Below are positions 27,926 to 41,419 of a DNA stretch of 64,000 nucleotides, in pieces. Numbering within the stretch: position 1 is the stretch's first letter; each line of letters starts with the position of its first letter. The translations under genes and the position numbers were made by a program. The notes beneath the pieces were generated by a model. The model had not been told where the DNA came from and searched no databases. It saw only the letters and a program-made list of their open reading frames with translations. This DNA comes from Eledone cirrhosa (taxonomy: Eukaryota), in the NCBI GenBank assembly GCA_964016885.1, contig OZ024740.1:152768001-152832000 (forward strand), given 5' to 3'.

Positions 27926-28802
27926 CGTGTGTGCGTGTATAGACACACACACACACACACACACAACTTCTCACTTAAATGTATATATTTCTATGTTTAA
28001 ATGTATCGCAATTATTAAATATATATGTTTGCATATGTTTGAATAGAGTTCTCGTGTTTATATGTATATATATATATATATTTATGTTTAAATGTATTTC
28101 TCGTTTTTATAATGTATGTATTGCTATATGTTTATGTACATTTTCATATTATAATGTCGATAATTTCCATGTCTAAATACATTTCTCTGTTAAAAATATA
28201 TATACTTTTTCTATGTACTTATATGTATTTCTCAATATTTGAATGTATATATTGTTATTATATTCAATGTCTATATTTCCTATGTTTAACACATGTTTAT
28301 ATCGTATTGCTTCCTGACATACCGCTGAAATATTTTCGTCCTCAGTTATCTATCATCGTTATGATCCTCATTATCCTCGATATTAGCAATTCTTAGTTCG
28401 TGTTTTATTCTTTATTTGTACATGATTTCAGCATTTAAGTTCTAATGTTATAAAAACGTATTATTTATTTGCCAGTTATATACAAAAATATCAATTATCT
28501 CTTGACGTTTCAAATAAATCTCAAATTGTCCATTGTTGAATGGCATATTTACAAAATACGTTTGAGCACGAAGTCAAAAATACTTAGACAGAATGAAACA
28601 AACAAACGTATACAAAGACAAACGCAAAAGTAAAAGAGCATATGTATAATTAAACACACATAAAGCACACACATACATATATTCATGCATAAATACACAA
28701 ATGTATGTGTACATATGTAGGTTTCTATCACTCTCTCTTCTTCTTCTCCCGGGAGAGAACAGGACTACTCCTGGAAAAGCAATTAATCTAGTCAATTATG
28801 TG

Positions 28803-28887
<85 letters not shown>

Positions 28888-29002
28888 ATGTATGTGTGTA
28901 TGTGCATGTATGTATGTATTATGTATAAACATATATGTGTGTATATATATATATATATGTGTGTGTGAGTGTGTGTGTGTGTGTATGTGTGTGTGTGTGT
29001 GA

Positions 29003-29285
29003 AGGTGTGGGGATTTGTGGTTATGGCATTCAGCTCAAGATCGTAAGACTGTGAGTTCGATACCCTTGAGCAAGACACTTTATTTCACGTTGCCCTAGTC
29101 TATTCAGCTGGCAAAAATGAGTTGTACTTGTAATTCGAAAGGCCAGCCTTGTCACATTTTGTGTTACGCTGAATCTCCCTGAGAACTACGTTAATTGTAC
29201 GCGTGTCTGTGGAATGCTCAGCCACCTGCACATTAATTTCACGATCAGGCTGTTCTGTTGATCATATCAAATGGAACATTCGTCG
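29003..29285 (+). mobile_element. tRNA-derived SINE family B
   Basis: gtggtta..gagttcgat..cccttgagcaagacactttatttcacgttgc; other copies at 8428, 31277, 41420, ~42120 and ~63140. Confidence 0.8.
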
Positions 29286-29835
29286 GGGTCCTAACTCTTT
29301 TCCTATTACCCACTCTACTATCCTAAGTATTGAGTACTCTGGTGCGTTATGGTCCACCTGGTATCTTACCACACCCTCTTTGTTTATTTATATATATATA
29401 AAGAGGAGAGAGAAGAAAAGTTGTATACAGTATACTAAATGCCGATAGTCGAAGCAGGGTGTGCTCTCCTCCATTTATTCTGCTTATATATATGTATATA
29501 GGTGTGTGTGTGTGTGTGCGTGTGTGTATGTGTGTGTGTGCGTGTGTGTGCGCGTTTTGCTAGATTCTTGATATGAAATCATGTGTTGAAAGCGATATTG
29601 TTATATTGGGGGATGGTCATGTTGCCAATATTACCAATGAAAAAAAGACATGATGGAGAAAGAGAAAGACGAGAAAGACGAGGAGGCACAAGAGAGAAAA
29701 AATAGTCATTGGGGAGATGACACAATGTACGACGAAAGAACTTTGATGAACTGAATAAATAACTAATAATAAAGATAAAGTATGGTGCATTTTTCTTTTC
29801 TATTGGCAATACTGGTAACATGACCATCTCCGAAT

Positions 29836-29930
29836 ATAATAATTGTTTCTACTTTAGGCACAAGGCCAGCAATTATCCAGTACATTACTGGTACTTTATT
29901 TTATCGACCCCGTAAGGATGAAAGGCAAAT
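29836..29930 (-). mobile_element. SINE family A, 3' part
   Basis: aataattgtttctactttaggcacaaggccagcaatt...gtaaggatgaaaggcaaa. Confidence 0.8.
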
Positions 29931-30810
29931 GTGCGTGTGCGTGTATGTTTAAATATATGTATAGAGTTAGATAGGTAGATGCATTTGCTTTGATTGTAAA
30001 AGAAACTATGCATCATAAAGGAGCTCGCGGTATCTCTCAACAAGAAAGTCGACATGAATTCCTGCTATCACCTTAGAGAAACTTATATGCTAGGTAAATA
30101 CAAGCCAACCGATGTTGAAAATATCACCATGGAAAGGGATGCCACAGGAAACATCAGGGATAATCAGTGAGTTACCTCCCTTACTATGAAAATTAACTTC
30201 AGTGGATTTGCCTCCCTTGCATTCAACACTGACGTGCTGTGACTAGCAGCAGGTTTAACCGTATTCTATCATGTTACCTGGTATACCCACATTTCAAATC
30301 AAATGTGTTCCAAACCTCACTACGATACGTATTGTGTGGTCCTTCCTTTGTTTGTACAGCTGTATGTGGCGGGGAGGGGGGTACATATATTCATAGTAAT
30401 GTTGAGTTGTAGATTTATAGTAACAAAAAAAACATTTACACATAGGACAACTGCATATACATGTCGCTTGATTTACTAGTAACTAGTAACAATGGATAAT
30501 TCATTCACTCACATGTGTATATATATCCCCACACGCCTATACACACGCTATATATGTATATATGCTCTCTTTTGATCAAAGTTTACATGCATATGTAACA
30601 CACACAGATACACACACATGTACACACACGGACTCACAGAGATACAGAGGCACAGACACACACGCAGTATATTACACCTGCTCACACGTAATTATCTTTA
30701 AACTCGTAAAATCATATTTAATTACTCCATATATGTTTAAATTGTTTATTGTAACAGTTTTTAACTCTTTCCACGCCAATAGCTAGTGACAGCATTGAAA
30801 TAACTACCAC

Positions 30811-30876
<66 letters not shown>
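30811..30876. repeat. (TAG)n microsatellite
   Basis: Directly visible; (TA)n, (CA)n and (GA)n tracts are too numerous to list. Confidence 0.95.
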
Positions 30877-31125
30877 ATCATTTCACATCGGTCCATTGAT
30901 TAGTTGGGTGACTTCGTTAAGATTTCCATCCTCATAAATGGGAAATTAATTTTGGTGTATATATATATATATTAAAATAACAGATTAAAGTTTAAGCAAA
31001 GAATCGCTGCTTTCACCCTTAACGGGATCTTCTGAAACTTCAATGCTCTACGGTTCTTATATACCTGATATATATTTATCCTTATCGAGCCCTCTTTGGA
31101 TTTTAGTCTTCAAATTTATTATTAT

Positions 31126-31182
<57 letters not shown>

Positions 31183-31276
31183 TTCGATCGACTTTCGTCA
31201 AATCAGACCGAGGAAACAATGTTTCCAGTGGGCTTTCCAAATGCTAATACTTTCTATCGGTCGCAACTCCAGGTAG

Positions 31277-31390
31277 AAGGAGCAACGTGAAATAAAGTGT
31301 CTTGCCCAAGGACATAACGCACAGCCCGGTCCAGGAATCGAACTCACAGCCTCAGGATTGCGAATCCAATTATCTAACCACTCAGACACG
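31277..31390 (-). mobile_element. SINE family B, 5' tRNA-like head
   Basis: ggagcaacgtgaaataaagtgtcttgcccaagg..ggaatcgaactc..ctaaccact. Confidence 0.75.
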
Positions 31391-31809
31391 CTGATTTCAG
31401 CTCAATATTGTAAGTTGTCTTTCCCTATTATATTTGCCAGCATTTCAGTTGGTTAGGAATTTCAATAGCAAGCGAAATGAAGGAAAAAATATTGTTTCAT
31501 AAATGTAATATTACTTTTCCTACACATCTGGCACATAACGAGTTATATAAAACATATATGTGAGAGGAAGAAAATATTATACACGACATATCCTCGATAA
31601 TAGCTGTTCAACGTGTTCTCAAACACCTTATTAATACGTTTACCTAATTAATGGGCATGTCAGAAATAGCAGTAAAAACAATCATCAAATTCAGCCTTCC
31701 TTACCTAAGCGAAATATACGTTCAAACATATTTTAGACACACCGTATCCGGAAAATTTGACCTTATATTTATGAGGTCAGGTAAAACATTTTAAATATAG
31801 ACTAACATT

Positions 31810-31968
31810 GTCGGACATGCTTCATGGCACAGAGTTAAGATCCTTTACGTTCTGAGTTCAAATCCCGGCGAGGTTAGCTTTGCCTTTCATCCTTACGGGG
31901 TCGATAAAATAAAGCACCAGTAATGCACTGGGGTCGATTTAATCGACTTTTCCCTCCCCTCAAATTGT
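31810..31968 (+). mobile_element. SINE family A immediately upstream of exon C
   Basis: Near identical to 15208-15335. Confidence 0.85.
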
Positions 31969-32157
31969 TAAAGAAAATTATGTTATGCTATAATATTTTT
32001 AAGTGAATATTCTTTTTAAAAAAATGTTTGCAACAGCTTTGGTTTTGAAAGAGTTAAAATAGTATATAAATGTTGTTAACATTTAACTACTAACAGTAAG
32101 ATCTTTTTTTCTCTCTTAACTGTTACTTTTCATCAACTATTGTTTCGGATGTTTTAG

Positions 32158-32263
32158 TGGTAAGAAAAAACGTAATGACATATCAAGTGATGATATCAGA
32201 CGTTCAATTCTGGCCCAAAGACTGATACAATTTGCAGCAGAGAGACTTGCAAAGACGGAGTAA
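32158..32263 (+). CDS. Neuropeptide precursor last coding exon C: (S)GKKKRNDISSDDIRRSILAQRLIQFAAERLAKTE*
   Basis: Acceptor gatgttttag|; the first T completes AG-T (Ser), followed by an amidation Gly and KKKR; stop ends at 32263; strong donor G|gtaaga at 32275/32276. Confidence 0.88.
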
Positions 32264-32308
32264 TCTATAGAAATGGTAAGATATTTTTACCTCTCTCCAC
32301 TTGACTTC

Positions 32309-32366
<58 letters not shown>

Positions 32367-32423
32367 ATATATATATATATGAAATTATATATATATATAT
32401 ATATATATATTTATAATAAATAA

Positions 32424-32464
<41 letters not shown>

Positions 32465-32592
32465 TGATATATTAAACGTAAGTTAAAATCTCATTTGGGG
32501 GGATACAAGCTAAAACGGCTAAAATAAATCGGTTTTACTTATATAATACCTCGACCATGGTTTCTGGAACTCAGGAAACATCGGCAATTACT

Positions 32593-32682
<90 letters not shown>

Positions 32683-32745
32683 TGTAATAGAAAAAATCAG
32701 AGAAGTTTCGTTTACATATTAAAAAAATATCTATTGTGTATCAAA

Positions 32746-32833
32746 CTGTTACGCGCGTTTCGCAGAGGATTGGCTCAAGGTAACCCATAGAAGTGATGGA
32801 CCCGAATCCAGCATTGATCTGCTCGTCAGACTG
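32746..32833 (-). ncRNA. Type I hammerhead ribozyme motif (single-arm copy of the 13208 family)
   Basis: GT-CTGACGA-GCAGA....TCTGC-GAAA-CGCGCG-TA-AC. Confidence 0.8.
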
Positions 32834-32944
32834 CTGGTGTGACAAAAATATTTATGTATGCGTATTTGCTGTCGAAACGGCAAGAGCTCAACTATCGGGC
32901 CCCGAGTCCCTAATATATTTACACATACCATTATCTTGCAACCA

Positions 32945-34085
32945 CCATAGTCAATAACACCAAAATACAGTTAAGCGTCATAAGCTACATAAGTTGAACA
33001 TAGCCTGGGCCAATACTGCCCGAAACCTATCAAAGTGATCAAAGTTACAGAAAATAATACATTCACCATTAAAAATACTACATTAAAAATACTACCTCTA
33101 TATAGATTAAATGATATGATAATGAAAATATTGTGTACAGTGCTCAGGTGCACTACAACTCATCAAAAGTGTATGTATAGTACTTAGCGTAATGTACAAA
33201 CGTCAGGAAAAGGAACAGTGCATGAGTCATGATATACACGTGTGCATGTGTATGGAAGGGGTACATCAGGTGTAGTTTTGGCGAATTTCGGGAAGCATGA
33301 GGGTTTTAAAGGATGCAGTGTCTCGGCAGCTAACAACTGACGCAGGCAGTTTGTTCCATGCTTCAGCAACTCTAAGCATGAAAAAATGTTTCCGAAAGTC
33401 ATGGGAGCTGTGCTGTTTTCTGACTTTGTAGGCATGTGCACGTGTGTTAGACACATGGAGATCAAAAAGGTGCTCAGGGTTGATGTTGGCGAGATGGTTA
33501 ATAACTTTGTGGGTGTTTACCAAGTCCATTGCCAGACGTCGGAGCTTCAATGAATCCATGCCCAGGGAAGCAAGGCGTTCAGAGTATGGTAGGTGTCTGA
33601 TGGAGGGTATGCGCTTGGCTGCACGTCTCTGAACAGTTTCCAGGAGGTCAATGTTCTGAGTAAGATAGGGGTTCCAGACTGATGATGCGAATTCCAAGTG
33701 TGGTCGTACCATAGCTGTATACAGCTTTAAATAGATGGCTGGAGAGCGGCTAACAAAGGTCTTGCTGAGTGATGCCAAGACACCCTCGGCCTTCTTGACA
33801 ATTTTAGAGATGTGCTTTGTCCAACGCAAATCGTTGCTGACAGTAATGCCCAGGTCACGTTTACAAGAGAACTTCTTGATATCAGTGTTGTGGAGGGAGT
33901 ATGTGGACGCTGGATTTTTCCTCCCAAAAAGCATGGTGGTACACTTGTCCACAGCCAGCTTCAGTTGCCAGTCTGATCCATTGCTGCATTGTGTCCAGGT
34001 CTGATTGTAGGAAAGAGTTATAGATTTCAGGATCTGTCCTTTTGATGTCAAGGTACAGCTTGATATCATCTGCATATTTCAGTAT
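32945..34085 (-). mobile_element. CR1-group LINE, 5'-truncated (RT C-terminal part plus 3' UTR)
   Basis: KYADDIKL, RDLGI, LYTAMVRPHLEFASSVWNP, LETVQRRA, FFMLRVAEAWNKLP. Confidence 0.9.
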
Positions 34086-34177
34086 ATATATAAACAGCAA
34101 ATATATAAACACGAATATATACACATATAGACAATAGTGACTCATTAACAATTACAATTATAATTACAAAATATACG

Positions 34178-34209
<32 letters not shown>

Positions 34210-34292
34210 TTGGGGGGGTGAGAGAGAGAGAGGGGGAGTGGTGTGTGTGTGAGTGAGTGCGCACGTGTGTGTGGATGTATGTACGCATACGC

Positions 34293-34341
<49 letters not shown>

Positions 34342-34344
34342 ACT

Positions 34345-34800
34345 TGCAAACACGAGTTGCTTCCCCTTCTACCTTCTATCTATTTCTTCGCCTACTTATT
34401 CTTAAGGAAGGTCCTGGAGACAGAGTCTTCAAACACTCTTTCCAGTGTGATCTATAAGAAGCAACCCTCTCCAGTTGATCCGGCTGGATCCCCAAGCGAA
34501 ACCAGCCGGGTTCATAGATGCTATCCAACCATTTTGCTCAGGATCTACCCCTGGGTCTCCTGAAGGTGGTTTTTCCCAATAAATGTGTCCAACGGTTCTT
34601 TCCTGAGTCATTCTAACCACATGCCCGTAATATCGGAGCTGTGATCTCCCAATTCAGAGAAGTAGTGACTATACCTGGAGCGACTCCCTGATCTCCGAGC
34701 TAAACACTCTATCGAGTAACGTTACCACAACGTCCTTTCGGAGGAAGCCCATTTCTGCCGCTTGTATTCGCGATCGTAATGTTTCGATCATTACCATTTA
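34345..34800 (-). mobile_element. RTE-clade LINE 3' fragment
   Basis: Minus-strand pieces RSRIQAAEMGFLR and SQLRYYGHVVRMTQER; similar to 38460-38880. Confidence 0.75.
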
Positions 34801-34875
34801 TTCTAACACAAAGTTGCTTCCCCTATATAATGAAAATACCGAAAGTAATATCACATTATTACCCGAGGGTCGGTG

Positions 34876-35273
34876 GATTGGCAGTATCAGTAGAGGGTCG
34901 GACGCCATGCTTTGACACATAGAGTTACGGCCCTTGCCATTCTGAGTTCAAATCCCGCCGAGGTTAACTTTACCTTTCATCCTTACGGGGTCGATAAAAT
35001 AAAGTACCAGTAATGTACTGGGTAATTGCTGGCCTTGTGCCAAAAGTAGAAACAATTATTACCTTATTTATCTGATGAGATCTATATATCAAATAATTGC
35101 TTCTACTTTTGGCACAAGACTAGCAATTACCCAGTGCATTACTGGTACTTTATTTTATCGACCCCGTAAGGATGAAAGGCAAAATTAGCCTCAGCAGGAT
35201 TTGAACTCAGAACGTAAAGGGCCATAGCTCTATTCTGCAAAGCATGGTGTCTGAAGCTCTACTGATACTGCCA
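34876..35273. mobile_element. Tail-to-tail inverted pair of SINE family A (34876-35060 +, 35093-35273 -)
   Basis: Two full copies in opposite orientation, ~30 bp apart. Confidence 0.85.
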
Positions 35274-35415
35274 AACTAAACTAGCAGATATAGAATGTCT
35301 TTGTCCTATGCTGGTTGGAGTTTGAAACCTTATGCAACATACAATTGTGTTGAGAACTTTCGCTCTGTATTTTTCATAGAGCGCTTTTTTCTTTTGGTCT
35401 ATTCTTCTGAAACTC

Positions 35416-35452
<37 letters not shown>

Positions 35453-35699
35453 CTCGCTAACACTAGGGTCGGCCGTATGTGTAAATAAGGTCCGATAAAC
35501 ACTACCAGGTAAGATACTAACTGCATCTGTTGGAGTAGAAAATCAAATTGTAACATATTTTATAATATTGTGTGTGTGACACACAAACACACACAAGCAC
35601 ACACAAGCACACACACACATACGCATACACACAAACACATACACAAATATGCACACACACACATACATGTGTGTGTATGTGTGTGTGTGTGAGTCCCGG

Positions 35700-35888
35700 G
35701 CTCAATTGGGGTAACCACAGTAAGTAAGGTACTCAATACATTAGTAGAATGTCAACACCAAGTTTAATATAGAAATGGCTTCTACAGGACTAGAACTGTT
35801 TCATTCGAAAGGATTCATCTTTCCTGATGATTTCTTTCGAATGAAACAGTTCTAGTCATGTAGAAGCCATTTCTAAATCAAACTTGAT
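35700..35888 (-). mobile_element. Small fold-back (arms ~35758-35819 and 35826-35886), left tail, hammerhead-like remnant
   Basis: tagaaatggcttctaca.gactagaactgtttcattcgaaag is mirrored; CTGATGA-TTTCTTTCGAAT-GAAA. Confidence 0.7.
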
Positions 35889-35940
35889 ATATATGTATAT
35901 ATATATATGTGTGTGTGTGTGTGTATGTATGTGTGTGTGT

Positions 35941-35981
<41 letters not shown>

Positions 35982-36061
35982 GTAAACAGAAATAACAACA
36001 CAATCGGTACAGTATATGGAAGGAATATATTGGGTTAACGCTTGAAATAGCAAAAAGAGGG

Positions 36062-36097
36062 TCTTAACGTTTCGGACGCTAGTCCTTCATCAGAAGA
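36062..36097 (-). ncRNA. Minimal type I hammerhead ribozyme motif, canonical PLE type
   Basis: TCTT-CTGATGA-AGGAC TAGC GTCC-GAAA-CG-TT-AAGA. Confidence 0.8.
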
Positions 36098-36161
36098 AAG
36101 AATGAGAAATAAAATAGATTGAAGGGACGGGCAGGTTGGAATTGGAAAAAATGTCTTTAGT

Positions 36162-36199
<38 letters not shown>

Positions 36200-36457
36200 T
36201 ATCCCTCTCACACATACACCTTTTGTGAATACTCTGAAACTTCTCTTTATTTTATGGTTGAATTGAAAGAACGAATCATTAGGCTGTCAAGGAAAAAATG
36301 AAATGTGTAATCGCTTCAACAGAGCCCTCTACTTAACTGGTAATTATTTCATCGACACCATGTAGTTAAAGACAAAGTCGACCTCGGCAATGCTTGAGTT
36401 CTGTTTATTATTACGTCATCTGTTATTAAATATAAATCGTTCATGCCATAGCCGCAT

Positions 36458-36648
36458 AGATTGGCAGTATCGGTAGAGGGTCGGGCGACATGCTTTGCAG
36501 AATAGAGTTTGTGATCCTTTACGTTCTGTGTTAAAATCCCGCTGAGGTTAGCTTTGCCTTTCATCCCTACGGGTTCGATAAAATAAAACAGCAGTAATCT
36601 CCTTTCCTCAAAATTGCTGACCTTGTGTCTAAATCAGAAACGATTATT
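36458..36648 (+). mobile_element. SINE family A
   Basis: gattggcagtatcggtagagggtcgg..gcctttcatcc. Confidence 0.8.
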
Positions 36649-36878
36649 TATAAAGGTGACTAGGTTGAAGACTAATGTCACCGCAGGTACTAAGAGATCA
36701 CCAACTTAAATTTTGTTTTGTTTTGTTTTATCTATTTATTTATTCATTTGCTGTCGTGAGTTAAAGTTTGAAGTTGTAGTTGTGGGGAAGGTTGAAATAA
36801 CTGAAAGCCAATGGGCCCGGCCATGGGTTAATATCAATTCTTCCAGAGCATTACCCTATATTTATGTTGCTTCGCCGT

Positions 36879-37215
36879 ACTGCCGAGCTCCTCCGCAAGA
36901 TCGTCGGCAGCCCGTCTAAGAAGGAGCCCCACGAGGTGGGGTGGCTGCTGAAGTGGGTGTCGCTAGCCATTGTCCGCAGAAATGCTTTTGCGGTCTTGTC
37001 CGCGGGGCGTAGCCCCAATAACGCCACGTCCTAGGCCCAGAGCCCATCACCATTCCTTACCTATGTCTTCTGTGACACTAGAGCCCTTGCTTTCCCTTCC
37101 TTTTCTGTTGTCATAACCACAAAAGACACTTGAATATTTAATATAACTACTTTGTGTAGTGAGTACTGTTTTTATTTACTTATATTGATGAATAAAACAA
37201 GATGTGTTTAAAAAA
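36879..37215 (+). mobile_element. 3' end of a CRE-clade (RLE) non-LTR retrotransposon
   Basis: 36879-37034 translates TAELLRKIVGSPSKKEPHEVGWLLKWVSLAIVRRNAFAVL..*, resembling the CRE C-terminal QRLSxAxxRGNA motif; AATAAA at 37191 and an A-run follow. Confidence 0.6.
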
Positions 37216-38459
37216 ATATTCTAAAAGTATTTTCCTCCTTATACTTCAGATTCAGCAAGTTCCTTCAATGAGAGTAAATACCCTTAAACCAGTCCCCATC
37301 TGATTGATTGCCGGCCAGAACTTCTTTCCTATTTTGACAAACAAACAATTGATAAATATACATAAAATGATTAAATAAAATGAAATTAAAATTAAAACAA
37401 TACTAAACCGAACTGAAATATATAAATATATATATAAATGATCTTTAAACATTACCAGGGCAACTGTTCAATGAACCAAATGGGAAAACCGATGAACTGG
37501 TCACTGCCACAATGCATCGCTGACCTTTAACGCAGTTTTATGGCGTAGTCAGTTTTTTTTTCTTTAAAAATCTTTTGATTGTTTCTCATTTTCTTCCACT
37601 TTTCTCTTCTTTCTTATTCTGTTCCTTTTTTTTATTTGATATTACGGCGTGAAACGTAGTGCTGCGGAAACTGACGTCTGTGTATCTAAAATTGCAACTT
37701 AGTCGTAATTCCTAACCCCAACCGTTTCATCAGAAATTTCCTTTTCCTTCTTATTAACATTTTATATTTTTTTATTTTTTGTTATATTTTATTTTCAGTT
37801 CGTAACGAAAAATTTTCAGTTTCGAATTTTTTTGTTTTTTTTTTTGGTGATTTAAGTAATGTAATTTTTTTTAAATAGAAATAAAAGATGCAACAACTAA
37901 ATAACTAATTACACGTTTGTTTTTTTTTTGTTTTGTTTTTTTATCAATTTTGTTCTTTTATTTCATTTCTATATATCGGTAATTAAAGTATGATGATGGT
38001 GGAAATGTTAGAATGTCGGAGATATTCCACGATAACTGTTCAGGCTTTTGAGTTTTGAAATCTCGCAACCTGTTGTAAACGTAGAAGGTCATCTACCACG
38101 CTTACTCTATCGCCTAATTAGCTAAACAACAGGACAAAGATAGCATAGAGCTGTTGTGAGAGAAGCTACGATCTGCAGTGTGATACCCTGGGCAAGAAGA
38201 TTAACCCTACATCTCATTAGCTATTCTAGGTAAAGAAGCAACAATGGCAGAGCTTTTGAAATAAATGTTCAGAAAAGAAAACTACAAAATTAAGCACATG
38301 GTAAGTATCACGTATTGATGTGAAATAGTCAGTCACTGCAGGGATCTTCACATAACAATAGAAATAAATATTTTTTTCAAACTACATGAACATTACTAAA
38401 TTAATTTAGACTTGGGATTAATGTAGTTTGTTGAATTATTGCAATCGAAGAGCTACGTC

Positions 38460-39910
38460 ATAACCTTCTTTCCGCACTTGTTCCTGGGATGGTCGAGTGG
38501 GTAGAGTCCTCAAGCACGCCTTCCAGCGGGTTCTAAGAGACAGTCTCCAATTGATCCGATTAGATCCCCAATGGACACCAGCGGAGCACATGGATGTTAT
38601 CCAACCATTTTGCACAGGTCTACCTCTGTCGGTTAGTTTTGCCTGTAAAATATATCCAGTGATTCTTTCCTGTGGCATACTAACGACATGTCTGTAATAT
38701 CGAAGCTGTGATCTCTCAATTCGGAGGATTTGTGGCTTTACCTGGAGCGACTCTGATTTACGAGCCACGAACTCCATCGAGTAACGTTGCTCCAAAAACG
38801 TTTCGGAAGAACCGCATTTCGGCCGCTTGTATTCGCAATCTTATTCTTTCGGTCATAATCCACAATTTATGACCATAGTTTAAGAGTTGGCACGAATACC
38901 GTATTAAAGGTAGCGAATTTGGCTTTTACACCTACCTCCCTCTGTTTGATTCCCGAATACTGACGCTAGCGTATTGCTGCACCACCTCCTGCAATTATTA
39001 CACCTAATTCAGTTTCATGCCTTGCATCACTCGTGATACTTGATCTTTTCCACTGGCTTCGGTTGAACTCCACTTAAATGTAGAGTGCACTGCACTGGTT
39101 TCCTTCGCAGCACTGATTTTCATTCCAGCCGTGTAGCACTCGGCAGCAAACCTATCAAGTTCATGCCGGAGTTTACCTTCTGACGGGTTAAATAAAGTTT
39201 TGTGGGCTCTCTTGGCTTTAGGTAGTCTCAGGTTTACAGATAACTACATGGTGATCAGTTGGCAGATCAGCCCCTCTCTTAACACGAACAGCCAGCACAC
39301 AATCGAAGAGATCAGACACAATAAAAAAACAATTACTGACCTCTGTCCTGATTCCTCTTATACGATGTATATTTATGGATGTCTTTGTGCTGGAAGATGT
39401 TCATAATAGATTCCATATTACTAGAACAGAAGTCTAATAAAGCCTCTCCATTCGGAATCGCCGTTCCTTCCAATCACACCTTTCCATGTCAGTTAGTGCC
39501 GACATGTACATTGAAGTATCCCAGTAGGATATATGACTCAGTCTTAACTACTTCTAACGTTGCAGTAACCTCATCAAAGAATGTTCTGTATTCGGTCTCT
39601 CTGTTCGGCGCATAAACTTGCAGCCCCCAAAGCGACCTTTCTTTCAGCATAAGCTTCAAAGGGCAAATCCTTACTTTTAATGGGATCCAGTCCATCATTC
39701 TGACAGCCGGGGGGTTGTGAATATCCCCACTCCAACCAGTGCAGTTTTTTTTATGGCACCACACTCTGAATATTGGAGTTTCCATCCGCAATCCAAATCT
39801 ACAGTACCAGAAACCCCAACTATATCTAACCGGTAGCATCTGGCCTCCTCCATTAGTTCCTGCTCCTTGCCTGTAATGGCTGTAACGTTTCAGTTATCAA
39901 TTGTCAAGGT
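38460..39910 (-). mobile_element. RTE-clade LINE, internally deleted and degenerate
   Basis: APE piece LQVYAPN..ILLGYFNVHVG and RT C-terminal piece IERSQLRYYRHVVSMPQERI. Confidence 0.8.
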
Positions 39911-40395
39911 TTGCTCCCTTCTGGACCCACTGTGGGATTCCGGGATACGTAATCTTTATTAACTTAACGATTTATTAAATTTGAAGGAATAACCTTTTAA
40001 AAATATGTTCGCCAATATACGACAGATGCGTAGTTCGATTTTTTCCGACGGTACTGTCCATTTTTTTCCGTCCCCTGACGACTTCAATTATTAGTGGGAC
40101 AGTTTTAAAAAAAGCAAAAATATTTACAAATTTGTTCTCAATGCTTTGTAAAACGAAACATTGTTATTATTCTTAAATTTATGTTGTTTACTGCATATGT
40201 ATGCATGGTCCCGTATCTTCGGGGGGGGGGGGGGGAGGTGTAGGGGCGCCGTATTAACATATGGTATTCAAATGGTATTTTTAAATCTGGCGGAGCCCAT
40301 CTCCTCTCCAGGCCTGAATACAGCAGATTTCTTTCAGAGAAAGATAGAAAAAGTGAAAGAATGGAAGTCAGAAAGAGATTTAGAGGGAAAATAGA

Positions 40396-40840
40396 CCCCA
40401 GCACTTGACTAATACATTTTTATCGACTTCAAATGGATGAAAGTAAAGTTGACCTCGGTGGGATTTGAACTCAAAGAGCAGAGATCCAAAATGAATACCG
40501 CAAAGTTTTCTATCCGACGTTCTGACGACTCACCAATTCGCCGCCGCTTACTGCATATATAATCCCCTAAATCTAGATCTAGATCAATTTTAACGAGCTA
40601 AGTTTTAAAAAACAATGTTTTACCCGCTGAAAGCATCAAGCTTCTGAAAGTGCTGCATTTGGATTGACAGTATCGGTAGAGAGTCGGACGCCATGCTTTC
40701 CAGCATAGTTACGTCCCTTTACGATCTGAGTTCAAATCCCGCCGAGGTTGACTTTGCCTTTCATCCTTACGGGGTCGATAAAATAAAGTACCAGTAATGC
40801 ACTGGGTTATTGCTGGCCTTGTGCCTAAAGTAGAAGCAAA
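40396..40840. mobile_element. Head-to-head SINE family A pair (40396-40546 -, 40661-40840 +)
   Basis: Same diagnostic core in opposite orientations. Confidence 0.75.
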
Positions 40841-41419
40841 TATATCATGTTCTATAGCTGAGAATATTTAGCAAAAAGATCTTTATTACACCAAAGTCAT
40901 CTTTACTTGTTTCTGTCGATTGATCGATGTGCCTTTAACTCCACGTGGAGTCGTAGTTGCACAGTTGTGAAGTGTGGTGTGTCTTTGGCATTTAAATCCG
41001 GCAGAGATCATTCATTTTCACGTCTGAACACAGCAAATTTCTTCAAGAGAATGAGCGAGAGGAAGCGTGTGGGTGAGCGTAAGGGAAGAGAATGGCATAT
41101 AGAGAAAGAATCGATCCGAGTTCTGGACTGGTACTTTATTTATCGGTCTTGAACTGCACAGAGAATCGGAACAAATTCCACAAAGCATTCTATCCGACGT
41201 CCAAACAACTCAGCCAATTTGTCGTCTTTTACATGTTTACTGTAATATTAATGTAATATTTACTGTAATATTAATGCATTCTATATAGTAACTGAAATAA
41301 TTCTCTAGACATAAAAGAACTTATTCTTATCTTAACAACGTTGGGGTAAATCGTTGACCATTAACAAACAATATAACTGGGGTATAGAAGAAATTCTCCA
41401 AGAAATATGTACCTCCGTT

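Noticed and set aside
35071-35095. CTGATGA between inverted SINEs as a hammerhead
   Set aside because: No GAAA...UH or closing stem I
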